From Candidatus Micrarchaeum sp. (lineage in GTDB: Archaea > Micrarchaeota > Micrarchaeia > CABMEP01), in assembly GCA_020723065.1 (NCBI GenBank), contig DYJP01000003.1, positions 195 through 64,194 on the forward strand: a stretch of 64,000 bases of DNA. Direction: 5' to 3'. The first letter of the stretch is position 1; every line of letters begins with the position of its first letter. This document shows positions 27,710 through 36,490 of the stretch, piece by piece. Below the pieces are notes generated by a model that searched no databases, was not told where the DNA came from, and saw only the letters and a program-made list of their open reading frames with translations. The translations under genes were made by a program, and so were the position numbers.

Positions 27710-28086
27710 CGATCATCACTTTTTATAATTTATGAACATTAAAATTTTCGACGTAAAAACGCCGAACGTTTTCCGATTTTTTTGAAAATTTGTGAAGGCG
27801 TTAAATGACTAAATATGAACTACGTATTTGGCTTCACTTGCGCGGTAGTGCACACGTCGTGCAGTATACCTGTCAGCATGCGCTGAGTCTCTCGTGTTAA
27901 CGAAGCACAGAGACCGCTATTACTTGCCGGGATCCGATTTCAAAAAAATCGTAATAATATAATATATTGTATATTTATAAACATTGCTGTGGCTCCGTTT
28001 CCATAATATCAAATTTAAAAAATGTCGTTTATATTTGCTTTTAGACAAATAAACTATTAAGATATTCGACAATGCAAGGTGAACAT

Positions 28087-28689
28087 ATGGAAAAGACGAT
28101 AGAAAATTTGGCAAAGGCATTTGCAGGAGAAAGCCAAGCAAGAAACAGATATACGATGTATTCAAAGATTGCAAAGAAGGAAGGATACGAGCAAATCGCA
28201 GAAATATTCCTTGTCACCGCAGACAATGAAAGAGAACATGCAAGCTGGTTTTTCAAGCTTATCAACCAGCTCAAGCAGAAAGCAAAGGACAGAGGAGAGG
28301 ACGTTTCTGAATACGAACAAATACAGATAGAAGATATTGTACCTACGATCTACGGCAGTACGATTGAAAACCTCAAGGCGGCGATAGCAGGGGAGAACTA
28401 CGAACACAGCAAGCTCTATCCCGAATTCGCGGATCTGGCGGAAAAGGAAGGCCTTGAGGAAATAGCGACCAGGATAAGATTCATCGCAAAGGCCGAAACT
28501 CACCACGAAGAAAGGTATAAAAAGCTACTCGAACAACTCGAGAATGGAATGTTCTTCAAAAAATCTGAAGAGGTGTGGTGGGTTTGCAGGGAATGCGGAT
28601 ATGTGCATTTCGGAAAATTCCCGCCTGAAAAATGCCCATCCTGCGACCACGTGAAGGCGTACTATCAGCTGAAATGCGAAGAATACTGA
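28087..28689 (+). CDS. rbr: rubrerythrin
   Basis: Ferritin-like ExxH motifs (GESQARNRY, NEREHA, GENYEH, AETHHEERY) plus a C-terminal rubredoxin CRECG...CPSCDH. The ATG at 28087 follows AAGGTGA. Confidence 0.9.
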   Translation: MEKTIENLAKAFAGESQARNRYTMYSKIAKKEGYEQIAEIFLVTADNEREHASWFFKLINQLKQKAKDRGEDVSEYEQIQIEDIVPTIYGSTIENLKAAIAGENYEHSKLYPEFADLAEKEGLEEIATRIRFIAKAETHHEERYKKLLEQLENGMFFKKSEEVWWVCRECGYVHFGKFPPEKCPSCDHVKAYYQLKCEEY

Positions 28690-28727
28690 AAAACGAAAAG
28701 AAATGAAAAATAATGAATGGTGAATAT

Positions 28728-29108
28728 ATGACGAAACTGAACGAAATCTACAGATGTGAAATATGCGGAAATATTGTCGAACTCGCCCATCCTGGAGTCG
28801 GACAGCTTATCTGTTGCGGAGAACACATGAAACTCCTCGAAGCGAAAACGCAGGATGAAGGATCCGAAAAACACGTTCCAGTAATTGAAAGGATCGAAGG
28901 CGGATTCAAGGTCAAGATAGGCTCTGTGCCACACCCGATGGAAGACAGACACTACATAGAATTCATAGAGGTTCTTGCGGACGACAAAGTCTACAGAAGA
29001 TATCTCAAGCCAGGGCAGACTCCTGAAGCAGAATTCAAGCTTGTCGCAGACAGGCTCACTGTAAGGGAATACTGCAACGTGCACGGGTTGTGGAAAAAAG
29101 AACAATAA
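28728..29108 (+). CDS. dfx: desulfoferrodoxin (2Fe superoxide reductase)
   Basis: An N-terminal desulforedoxin motif CEICGN...CCGE, then an SOR domain with EKHVPV and HPMEDRHYIEFIE...CNVHGLW. The ATG at 28728 follows GGTGA. Confidence 0.9.
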   Translation: MTKLNEIYRCEICGNIVELAHPGVGQLICCGEHMKLLEAKTQDEGSEKHVPVIERIEGGFKVKIGSVPHPMEDRHYIEFIEVLADDKVYRRYLKPGQTPEAEFKLVADRLTVREYCNVHGLWKKEQ

Positions 29109-29189
29109 ATAGCTAAATGAACAAACAGATTAAAAAAACTAAAAAAATCAAAACTAATTTATTTCTTTTTTATTTTCTTATTTTCATTC

Positions 29190-30422
29190 TCACTGAACGT
29201 TCTTCCAGCTTTTGTCCGCGATTACCACGTCAAGGACAGACCTGGTGTGCTCTCTCGCCCACTCATCCGCTTTGAGTATGTCTTCAAGGGCTGGCCCCTT
29301 CTTGTATGCTTCGCCGTGTGAATTCATAGTATGATTTATGGCTTTCGGAATATCTCCAAATTTTATCTTGTTCTGCAGGAAATATTCCACTACTGCAACC
29401 TCGTTTGCTGCATTCATAACGGCTGGCATAGTGCCCCCAAGCTCTCCGGCGGTGTATGCGTACTGAAGGCACGGGAATCGAATAAAATCAGGCTCGAAGA
29501 ACGTAAGCTTCTTTGTCTTTATAAGGTCTAAAAATCCGTATTCACCGGAAACCAATCTTGACGGCCATGAAAGCGCATATTGTATTGGCAGTCTCATGTC
29601 ATGAACTCCGAGCTGAGCGATTATGGATCCGTCCCTATATTCGACCATCGAATGAATAATCGATTCAGGGTGCACAACTACCTTTATCTGCCTGTAAGGA
29701 ACGTTATACAAATGATGTGCTTCAATCACTTCCAAACCCTTATTCATGAGAGATGCACTATCGATCGTAATCTTACCGCCCATATTCCAAGTAGGATGTT
29801 TTAAGGCGTGCTCACGCGTTGCTTCCTGGATTTTTTCGGCAGGCCATATGGATTCGTCTCTGAAAGGCCCTCCGGAACATGTGACAATTATCTTACTGAG
29901 ATCTTTCCTTCTATTTCCTTGCAACGATTGAAATATTGCAGAATGTTCACTGTCTATCGGCATCAGAGCCACATCATGCTTCTTTATCTCTTTCATCACA
30001 AGCTCGCCGGCACAAACAAGCGTTTCCTTGTTTGCCAGTGCAATGTCTTTCTTGTGTTTTATTGCTTCCAAAGTCGGAATTAAACCTACGCTTCCGACAA
30101 CGGCAGTCACAACTTGATCAGTTTCTTTGAAAGTGGAAACGTCAATCAATCCTTTGAGTCCTGCTGACAGAACAATATTCGGACTATGGCCGATCTGATC
30201 ATGAGCAAGTATCTTTTTAAGCTTTTCTGCGCCTTCTTCCGAATACATTGCAACGATTTTCGGTTTGAACTCCTTGATTTGCTCGACTATAAGATCAATG
30301 TCTCTGTCGCTTCCGAACGCAGCCAATCCAATGGCTTTAAACTTGTCCTTATGTCTCCTGATAACATCAAGAGTCTGAGTGCCTATGCTTCCAGTTGAAC
30401 CTAGAATTGAAATATTTCGCAT
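29190..30422 (-). CDS. dxr: 1-deoxy-D-xylulose-5-phosphate reductoisomerase
   Basis: MRNISILGSTGSIGTQTLDV (NADPH-binding GSTGSIG), LANKETLV, DSEHSAIFQ and HPTWNMGGKITIDSASLMNKGLEVIEAHHL are all DXR signatures. The 66-codon upstream extension in the track ORF is hydrophobic junk. Confidence 0.9.
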   Translation of the reverse strand: MRNISILGSTGSIGTQTLDVIRRHKDKFKAIGLAAFGSDRDIDLIVEQIKEFKPKIVAMYSEEGAEKLKKILAHDQIGHSPNIVLSAGLKGLIDVSTFKETDQVVTAVVGSVGLIPTLEAIKHKKDIALANKETLVCAGELVMKEIKKHDVALMPIDSEHSAIFQSLQGNRRKDLSKIIVTCSGGPFRDESIWPAEKIQEATREHALKHPTWNMGGKITIDSASLMNKGLEVIEAHHLYNVPYRQIKVVVHPESIIHSMVEYRDGSIIAQLGVHDMRLPIQYALSWPSRLVSGEYGFLDLIKTKKLTFFEPDFIRFPCLQYAYTAGELGGTMPAVMNAANEVAVVEYFLQNKIKFGDIPKAINHTMNSHGEAYKKGPALEDILKADEWAREHTRSVLDVVIADKSWKNVQ

Positions 30423-30441
30423 GAGAGGTAAACACGATTTA

Positions 30442-30449
30442 GATATAAA
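30442..30449 (-). promoter_or_regulatory. candidate TATA box (TTTATATC) for leaderless dxr transcript
   Basis: The sense strand reads TTTATATC, then 19 nt, then the ATG. There is no SD between them. The same octamer with the same geometry occurs before the GINS gene. Confidence 0.45.
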
Positions 30450-30516
30450 TACTTTTCCATAGAAGTAGTATCTAAACAGTAAAAGAAATAAAAACCGAAA
30501 ACAAACAGTGAAAAAA

Positions 30517-30798
30517 ATGGAAAGGGGAGAACTTAGTCGCGAACAGGTTCTTAAGGCAAAGAAAGCGGAATATAGGGTATTTAGAAAAGGGATGTACCAG
30601 CGAATAGTATTCACTGTCAAGATAGTTAAGGAGCCTTACGGCGAATATCCTGTCCTTTTCAGCGATAGAATAATAGACATAAAGGATGCGGCAAGGCTCT
30701 CTGAGGAGCTTCAGATTCCGCTGGAGATACCTAATGGAAAGGTTTATCCGAAAGGAAAGTCCGGAAAAGACTTCGTGGAACTTATGTCAAAATTGTAA
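30517..30798 (+). CDS. hypothetical small protein (93 aa)
   Basis: ORF MERGELSREQVLKAKKAEYRVFRKG...; 32 nt upstream of the HEPN-like gene. No family recognised. Confidence 0.45.
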   Translation: MERGELSREQVLKAKKAEYRVFRKGMYQRIVFTVKIVKEPYGEYPVLFSDRIIDIKDAARLSEELQIPLEIPNGKVYPKGKSGKDFVELMSKL

Positions 30799-30830
30799 CT
30801 CAAACGAACAGTTCAAAAAGAAATGATCAT

Positions 30831-31466
30831 ATGGTCGAATCCATTGAAAAGATGTATAAGGGAGAGCCTAACGATTCATTATTTGACGAGCTGGACATAG
30901 AACTCATCAGGAAAAATAAGAAGGAAATGAAAGACATAAAGGAAAAGCTCAAAAAATACTTAGATAAATATAAGAAAACATCGGACGACAGAGCGCTCGC
31001 GCTCATGTGCGCACTTGCGGTAGAAAACGAGCTGGAGGAACTGCTCAAGAAATGGATACCTACATATAAAATCTTGATAGAAGAAAAGGGATTCGACTTC
31101 TCATCTAAAATAAACCTGGTGAAGGCTTCTAAGCTGATACCTGGGAAGATACTAAACGCAATAGAGCCAATCAAAAGAATAAGAAATATATTCGCGCACA
31201 ACCTTGACGCAACCACATTTGAAGACGTTAAGAAAATTGATTCTGATGCTCCGGCAAAACAGCAGGCATTTCCGATAATGCACAACAAGATAAGAACGTT
31301 CATCCCCAACTGGAAAGAAGAAAACGACAAGCTAGTCTTCTTCGAGCTCACCGTGCTTATAGTATTAGGGCTCAACATCTACGCCAAGCATGTAAAAGAA
31401 CTCAACAGCTACATAAGAAACAAAAAGAATCTAAAAAAGATAATAGAGGAAGTCAAAAGCAATTAA
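30831..31466 (+). CDS. HEPN-superfamily protein (MtlR/Abi-like, RNxxAH motif)
   Basis: 211-aa helical protein containing ...FSSKINLVKASKLIPGKILNAIEPIKRIRNIFAHNLDATTFEDV. This is the R-x4-H (RNIFAH) HEPN signature in an MtlR-like context. Confidence 0.6.
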   Translation: MVESIEKMYKGEPNDSLFDELDIELIRKNKKEMKDIKEKLKKYLDKYKKTSDDRALALMCALAVENELEELLKKWIPTYKILIEEKGFDFSSKINLVKASKLIPGKILNAIEPIKRIRNIFAHNLDATTFEDVKKIDSDAPAKQQAFPIMHNKIRTFIPNWKEENDKLVFFELTVLIVLGLNIYAKHVKELNSYIRNKKNLKKIIEEVKSN

Positions 31467-31482
31467 GATTCCACATGAAAAA

Positions 31483-32189
31483 ATGATGTATAGAGATTTT
31501 GCAAAATATTACAATTTGATTTATTCGATGAAAGATTACAAAGAAGAAACAAAGAATCAAAAAAAATAATTTCGAAATACAAGAAAACAAAGGGGAACAA
31601 ACTTCTTGAAGTTGCATACGGCAGCGGAAATTATCTGCAATACTTTAAGAGCGATTTGACTGCATAGGAATCGATTAAATGAGGAAATAGTGGCAATCGC
31701 AAGGAAGAAAATGAAATGGGTGCCAATGAAAAAGGCGAACATAATGATTTCAACTTAAATAAAAAATTCGATGTTATACTATGTCTTTTCTCTTCTATCG
31801 GCTATGTCAAAACCTATTTCAACCTAGAAAAAACTTTAAGAAACTTCTATAACCACCTGAATCCCAAAGGAATCGCAATAATTGAATCCAGGTTCACAAA
31901 TGCCAATTACAAAGCCGACAGTCCGCAAGCATTGTTATACGATGGAGAAGATGTAAAAATCGCCAGGCTAGATGTCGCAAAAAAGAAAGGAAACATTGCA
32001 ATAATGAACCTGCATTTCCTAGTCGCTGAACAGAACAAAGGCACAAGACATTTCGTAGACAGGCATGAACTCGGGCTATTTGAGAAAGAGAACACACTAA
32101 GAATAATAAAAAGAGTGGGATTTAGACCGCTGATTCTCAGAAAAGGCGCATTAAGCGACAGGAATGCATACATCGGCATAAAGAAGTAA
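31483..32189 (+). pseudogene. class I SAM-dependent methyltransferase, disrupted by three frameshifts
   Basis: Conceptual translation needs three frame changes. MMYRDFAKYYNLIYSMKDYKEETK stops at 31567. It continues in another frame as IISKYKKTKGNKLLEVAYGSGNYLQYFKSDLTA, ending at the TAG at 31665. Next is GIDLNEEIVAIARKK in a third frame, then the intact 157-aa tail (31716..32189) with KFDVILCLFSSIGYV. The first shift lies in an A8 run. Confidence 0.75.
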
Positions 32190-32554
32190 TTAGTTCTCAG
32201 CCTTTTGGAAATGGAACCAAACTCCAATTCGAAAACATCGTTATTTTTTATTAAACGTATCGCACTTTTTTTTTCAATGCAAAATCTACATTACGCAGAC
32301 GACTGGATCGATATAGCGACTAATATTTTCCATGTGTTTGAGCGCTTCTCTGGCATTAAAAGCAACTGTCCCTAAAATTTTTCCTCATAATGTCAAGGCT
32401 CTCAAACGGTCTGCTATTTGAAACGGACTGATTTTTTTTAATCCTTTTTATCCCATTTCTTGTCAAATTCCATCATTTCACAATAAAAAATAAACAAGCT
32501 TTCGTATAAAAGATTTATCGAGACTCATAACTGATTGAAATAAATTAAATGCGA

Positions 32555-33205
32555 TTATTCAGAGACTGAATTGAACAATTCCTTTACGTCAAGAGATTCG
32601 AGATTCTCAATCTCAAGGTCGATTGATTCCTGATCGAATATCCCTTCCCTTACTGCGAGCTCGAACAGTCCAATTTCCTTGTCGTCTAACCGAATATTAT
32701 TCGCTTCCAGCTCCGATACAACAAATTCTGCAATGTCTGCGACCCAAACTCTGGCAAGGTCGAGTCTAAAAACCGATTCAAATGTACTGCCATATGCTGA
32801 AAGAAGAATCTTGTAGAACTCAGCCCTTGACATCTTTTCATTCTCCTTGAAAGGAACTACCGATGCAGGACAGTTTATCGCAATCATCTCCTCTATAGAA
32901 ACCTGGCCGGAATGAGAAAGAGGAAAAGACCTGCAAACTAGAGGCCGATCTTTGTATATTGAACACTTAAATCCTTCTTTTTCGAACTGCAAGAACGGAC
33001 ACTGCCCACCTTTTCCTTTAAGGCCCCAGTATAGCACGATATCTGTATTTCCGTACTTGATCTTGTTTCCCGGAATTATCTTGATTGATGGATCAAGTTC
33101 TAGGAGCCTTTTTTTCTCCCACTCAAAAAGTGCAAGATTCTCCATGTCTCTGCAGCATTGGCCACAGTTGATGCAGCTAAATTTACGTTCTTTGAGTTCA
33201 GACAT
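32555..33205 (-). CDS. YkgJ-family Cys-cluster protein (CxxCxxCC, putative Zn/Fe-chelating domain)
   Basis: N-terminal CINCGQCC, followed by GQCPFL...CSIYKDRPLVCRSFP. Confidence 0.7.
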   Translation of the reverse strand: MSELKERKFSCINCGQCCRDMENLALFEWEKKRLLELDPSIKIIPGNKIKYGNTDIVLYWGLKGKGGQCPFLQFEKEGFKCSIYKDRPLVCRSFPLSHSGQVSIEEMIAINCPASVVPFKENEKMSRAEFYKILLSAYGSTFESVFRLDLARVWVADIAEFVVSELEANNIRLDDKEIGLFELAVREGIFDQESIDLEIENLESLDVKELFNSVSE

Positions 33206-33234
33206 GAAAAACCCCTAAAAATAAAAACAAAACA

Positions 33235-34119
33235 TTATCTTATATAAGAAATATCTTCAGGCTTCTTCGGCATTTCCATTGGCATTGTCTGACCCTTGCC
33301 TATCTCTTCCTCTAGCTTCTTGATAAGTATCTCGCTTTCCTTCGCCTTCTCGGTAAGCTTTGAAACGTTGATGGATATTCCGACTATGTTGGAAAGTATC
33401 TCCACCACCCGCTGAGCTGATTTATGGTCTATGTAATTTCCATGAGTTTCACCCATGAGGCATATTCCATCGAGTCCCTTGAGCTTCCCTAATCCAAGAA
33501 GTATTCCTGCAGCCCCAATAATTGAACCCTCTACCTCTCCAAAAGAGACGCCGAATTTCTTGTAAAACGAAACCTCTTTCTTGTTTATAACTGCTCCGAA
33601 AACCCTCGGCTTTTCCACGAGCTTGCCAATTCCATATCCACCCAATGTGATTATCGTCTTTCCGCCCATGCTCATGAAATATTCCAGTATAAGATTCATC
33701 ACATCAAACTGCGCTCTGGAAGATATGGGCTGAACGTCACCTACCAATATGATCAGGTCATTCTTCTTCTTCGGATCTTTGTAAAGATAGATTTCATTTG
33801 TTAGCATCCTTATCGTGCCATCCTTGTTAATAATAACCTGGTGTGGAAAATGATGTGAATAAATAGTCGCAATCTTCTTCGCCTTCAATTGATCAATCAT
33901 ATGTTCTGCGGCAAGCTTTCCGACAAATCCTATTCCTGGAAGGCCTTCTATCAGGACCGGATTGACAAGGTTCGAAACCTTCTCGTGCACCTCTATGTTA
34001 GTCTTAATCCCGTCTTTAGCTGGCATGAGTGCCCGCTGAAGAGCCTTGTGCACTGTTCTAAACTCAATTGATTTTGAAGGCAGTATCTTTTTTTCGTTTG
34101 TTGCGGATTTTTTCGCCAT
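33235..34119 (-). CDS. PAC2-family (proteasome assembly chaperone-like) protein
   Basis: VLIEGLPGIGFVGKLAAEHMIDQL...DLIILVGDVQP...ITLGGYG fits the PAC2 pattern. It has the conserved archaeal neighbourhood after nop10. Confidence 0.7.
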   Translation of the reverse strand: MAKKSATNEKKILPSKSIEFRTVHKALQRALMPAKDGIKTNIEVHEKVSNLVNPVLIEGLPGIGFVGKLAAEHMIDQLKAKKIATIYSHHFPHQVIINKDGTIRMLTNEIYLYKDPKKKNDLIILVGDVQPISSRAQFDVMNLILEYFMSMGGKTIITLGGYGIGKLVEKPRVFGAVINKKEVSFYKKFGVSFGEVEGSIIGAAGILLGLGKLKGLDGICLMGETHGNYIDHKSAQRVVEILSNIVGISINVSKLTEKAKESEILIKKLEEEIGKGQTMPMEMPKKPEDISYIR

Positions 34120-34172
34120 ATAATCACTTATTAATAGCTAAAAATGTTGAATATCTTCAGTTAAGATTCAGA

Positions 34173-34337
34173 TTAAGCGGACTCCTCAATTTCCCTTTTC
34201 TCGAACTTCTCAACTCTCATTCTGACCCTTTCCTTTATGTTTTTCTCCACTCCGCTCGATATAGGGTGAGGAGAGATGGTTGGCTTGCCGCAATGGATCT
34301 GGGCAAGAGTGTATTTCCCGCAGATTTGGCATCTCAT
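34173..34337 (-). CDS. nop10: H/ACA RNP protein Nop10 (divergent)
   Basis: 54-aa ORF below the track cutoff: MRCQICGKYTLAQIHCGKPTISPHP.... It has a Zn-ribbon-like start and sits in the conserved slot directly after aIF-2alpha. Confidence 0.6.
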   Translation of the reverse strand: MRCQICGKYTLAQIHCGKPTISPHPISSGVEKNIKERVRMRVEKFEKREIEESA

Positions 34338-34371
34338 TAGTTTTTTCATAAAAGAACCCTATTGGATGAAC

Positions 34372-35151
34372 TTAATTCTGCTCTTTCCTTTCGAATTTGA
34401 CTTCGCACTCTTTCTTAGGCGCGACCTTCAGAATATTGTCCACAAAAATCTTCATCTTCTTCTCACACTTCTTGAAATCTTCTTCCTCGACAGAAACAAG
34501 ATAATATGGTGCGCCCAAGTAGGAAATCTTAATCCCTGAATTTTCCTTGACTTTCAGCAATTCCTTCACCACTTCAATCCCATTTTCCTTGGTGCACTTC
34601 AATGTGAGTATTCCGTTTATGTGCCTTATCTGCTTCTTTATATTCTCTTTTGCAGTCTCGATTATGGCATTCGCCCAATCTTCAGAGATCTTTGCATTCC
34701 TGATCTCATCCTCTTTTCCATTGACTACTTCTTCAAATGCGGAAAATGCATCCTCGAAATGCGCTCCGAGCGCCTTCTTAACTTCATCCAATGTCATCTT
34801 TGGATTTTTTCCGATTTTCGCCTGAGCGACTTCCAGAAGCTTGACGACCCTCTTGTCCCTCTTGATCTCTTCGAGCTTCCTCTGCTGTTCTGCTTCGGTC
34901 ACTCTCTTCAAAGAAACGTCCACTATATTCTTTTCCGGAACTATCCTGTGGACTCTTACAACTATCCTCTGACCTTCTCGAATAAAATTCCTAATATTCT
35001 TTACCCAACCAGAAGAAACCTCAGAAACGTGAAGGAATGCGTCCTGGTCATATCCTTCCATCTTGCAAAATGCGCCATAAGGAAAAATCTTGCTCACAGT
35101 AACAATAACTAACTCGTCGAATTGTGGCATTTTCTTTCCTTTCGTTTCCAT
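34372..35151 (-). CDS. eif2a: translation initiation factor aIF-2 alpha
   Basis: S1 domain DELVIVTVSKIFPYGAFCKMEGYDQDAFLHVSEVSSGWVKNIRNF. The start is ambiguous (35175 TTG, 35151 ATG or 35130 ATG); 35151 follows AGGTAAT. Confidence 0.9.
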   Translation of the reverse strand: METKGKKMPQFDELVIVTVSKIFPYGAFCKMEGYDQDAFLHVSEVSSGWVKNIRNFIREGQRIVVRVHRIVPEKNIVDVSLKRVTEAEQQRKLEEIKRDKRVVKLLEVAQAKIGKNPKMTLDEVKKALGAHFEDAFSAFEEVVNGKEDEIRNAKISEDWANAIIETAKENIKKQIRHINGILTLKCTKENGIEVVKELLKVKENSGIKISYLGAPYYLVSVEEEDFKKCEKKMKIFVDNILKVAPKKECEVKFERKEQN

Positions 35152-35182
35152 TGGATTACCTATTTTAAAATTCAAAACAGAA

Positions 35183-35356
35183 TTAAACTGTCTTTATGAT
35201 TTTTCCGAAAACCTTCACAAACCCTCCGGTCGGCTTCGCAATTGTCTTCTTGCACAGGGTGCATTTCACTTCTCTTTTCGCAGTATTATAAACATACTGC
35301 TCGTTTCCACAGTCATGCTTCACTAATAAGAATTTCGTATTTGATGAAATCTTCAT
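35183..35356 (-). CDS. rps27e: 30S ribosomal protein eS27
   Basis: 57-aa ORF below the cutoff: MKISSNTKFLLVKHDCGNEQYVYNTAKREVKCTLCKKTIAKPTGGFVKVFGKIIKTV. AAGGTGG SD. Confidence 0.85.
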   Translation of the reverse strand: MKISSNTKFLLVKHDCGNEQYVYNTAKREVKCTLCKKTIAKPTGGFVKVFGKIIKTV

Positions 35357-35418
35357 TTTACCACCTTAAAAATATATGCGCAGAGCGCAAAACAATTAAA
35401 AATAAAAATGAAAAAAAA

Positions 35419-35706
35419 TCAGTCTTTCTTGACGATTTCGAGAACCTTTCTTGTCCTTGTACCCATGATCCTCTCGTGCTTCTTTTTACAGACTGTGCAT
35501 TCCAAGATAACCTTCTGGTGCTTGCCCATTTTTTTGACGGACTTCTTACCCTTAACCTTTCCGACATAGCCTTTCAGTTTTCTATCGTAACGAGCCTGTC
35601 CCACAGAGAACGGGGATTGCTTACCCTTCTTGTAAAGCTTAACCTTGTGAATCGTATGCTTATTGCACGTAGGACAATATGTCCTCATTGTGTCGACCAT
35701 CTTCAT
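35419..35706 (-). CDS. rpl44e: 50S ribosomal protein eL42 (L44e)
   Basis: RTYCPTCNKHTIHKVKLYKKGKQSPFSVGQARYDRKLKGYVGK...CTVCKKKH is typical of L44e. Confidence 0.9.
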   Translation of the reverse strand: MKMVDTMRTYCPTCNKHTIHKVKLYKKGKQSPFSVGQARYDRKLKGYVGKVKGKKSVKKMGKHQKVILECTVCKKKHERIMGTRTRKVLEIVKKD

Positions 35707-35872
35707 AATCTCAGCTCCATCTAACATACTAAAGCAGCGCATAGGCGTCTATAAGAACATGCCTGGTGCCCTACTGAGTTTATAAACCAAAAAATTGGCA
35801 GTTATAGATATTTATAGATACTTATATTATAAATAAGTATAAAAAGATTAACTATTTTCAAGTGCGGCGGGA

Positions 35873-36430
35873 TTATTCGATCTTTTTAGCCGAACCTGTT
35901 GAAATGAGAATTTCCGCTTCCTGAATCGGAATCTCCACTTCCGAATTCTGCTTGTATGGTCCGTAGATGGAGCCGTCCAAACCGACAAACTCGTCCACAT
36001 CCTTGAGCGTAAGAAGCTTGACTGTGTTTCCTCTTTTCTCTATTATAGGTTCCTTTTCCGCAATATTGCACTCTGCGGGCGCTTTATTGAAGCAAATTAT
36101 CTCGCTGTCCGTCTCCTTTTCGTTCGCCCTGACAGACAAAACCAACGTTTCAAAAAGCGCCCTTTCTTTATAAAGCATTTCCGGTGGGGGCTCTATTCCC
36201 TTTGAAAAGCTTAGAACATAATTGAATATCTTCTCGAGCCTTCTTTGGTAGATGTACTTCACCATCTTGAGTGCGTTGTTATATTCCCTCATACCAGAAG
36301 GATCAGACTTGTCGTAAGATGAAAGAAGCTTTCCTGAAAGCTGATAGAAATTTTGAGGTATGGCTGAAAATGAAGGTCCTTTCTCCCTTGAATAAATCCT
36401 CATCAATTCATCGTAAGACAATTCATCCAT
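35873..36430 (-). CDS. GINS subunit (Gins51/Gins15-like)
   Basis: N-terminal helical A-domain pattern (YDELMRIYSREKG...IPQNFYQLSGKLL...EYNNALKMVKYIYQRRLEKI) and a small C-terminal beta domain. It lies close to priS/priL. Confidence 0.55.
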   Translation of the reverse strand: MDELSYDELMRIYSREKGPSFSAIPQNFYQLSGKLLSSYDKSDPSGMREYNNALKMVKYIYQRRLEKIFNYVLSFSKGIEPPPEMLYKERALFETLVLSVRANEKETDSEIICFNKAPAECNIAEKEPIIEKRGNTVKLLTLKDVDEFVGLDGSIYGPYKQNSEVEIPIQEAEILISTGSAKKIE

Positions 36431-36450
36431 GATAATAATTGAAAAGAATA

Positions 36451-36458
36451 GATATAAA
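36451..36458 (-). promoter_or_regulatory. candidate TATA box (TTTATATC) for leaderless GINS transcript
   Basis: TTTATATC lies 20 nt upstream of the ATG at 36430, with no SD. Confidence 0.4.
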
Positions 36459-36490
36459 TCTTTAGTGCCGCAAGTTCTAGTAATTCAAAT

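Noticed and set aside
27809-27904. 31-codon + strand ORF (MTKYELRIWLHLRGSAHVVQYTCQHALSLSC) inside the GC-rich island
   Set aside because: It is too short, has only a weak SD-like GAAGGCG, and the region is better explained by RNA secondary structure. It cannot be supported as coding from sequence alone.
27710-28086. AT-rich spacers (also 1975..2350 and 32190..32554) as replication origins
   Set aside because: No orc1/cdc6 gene is adjacent, and I saw no repeated ORB-like inverted elements flanking an unwinding region. Proximity to replication genes alone is not evidence.
30423-30620. 66-codon N-terminal extension of the dxr ORF in the track
   Set aside because: The extension is hydrophobic nonsense (…FRFLFLLLFRYYFYGKVF…). 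The DXR family starts at MRNISILGSTGSIG. The extension also contains the likely TATA box.
30827-31378. 183-aa minus-strand ORF
   Set aside because: It is antisense to the HEPN-like gene, and its Ser/Phe/Ile low-complexity composition mirrors the K/E-rich sense strand.
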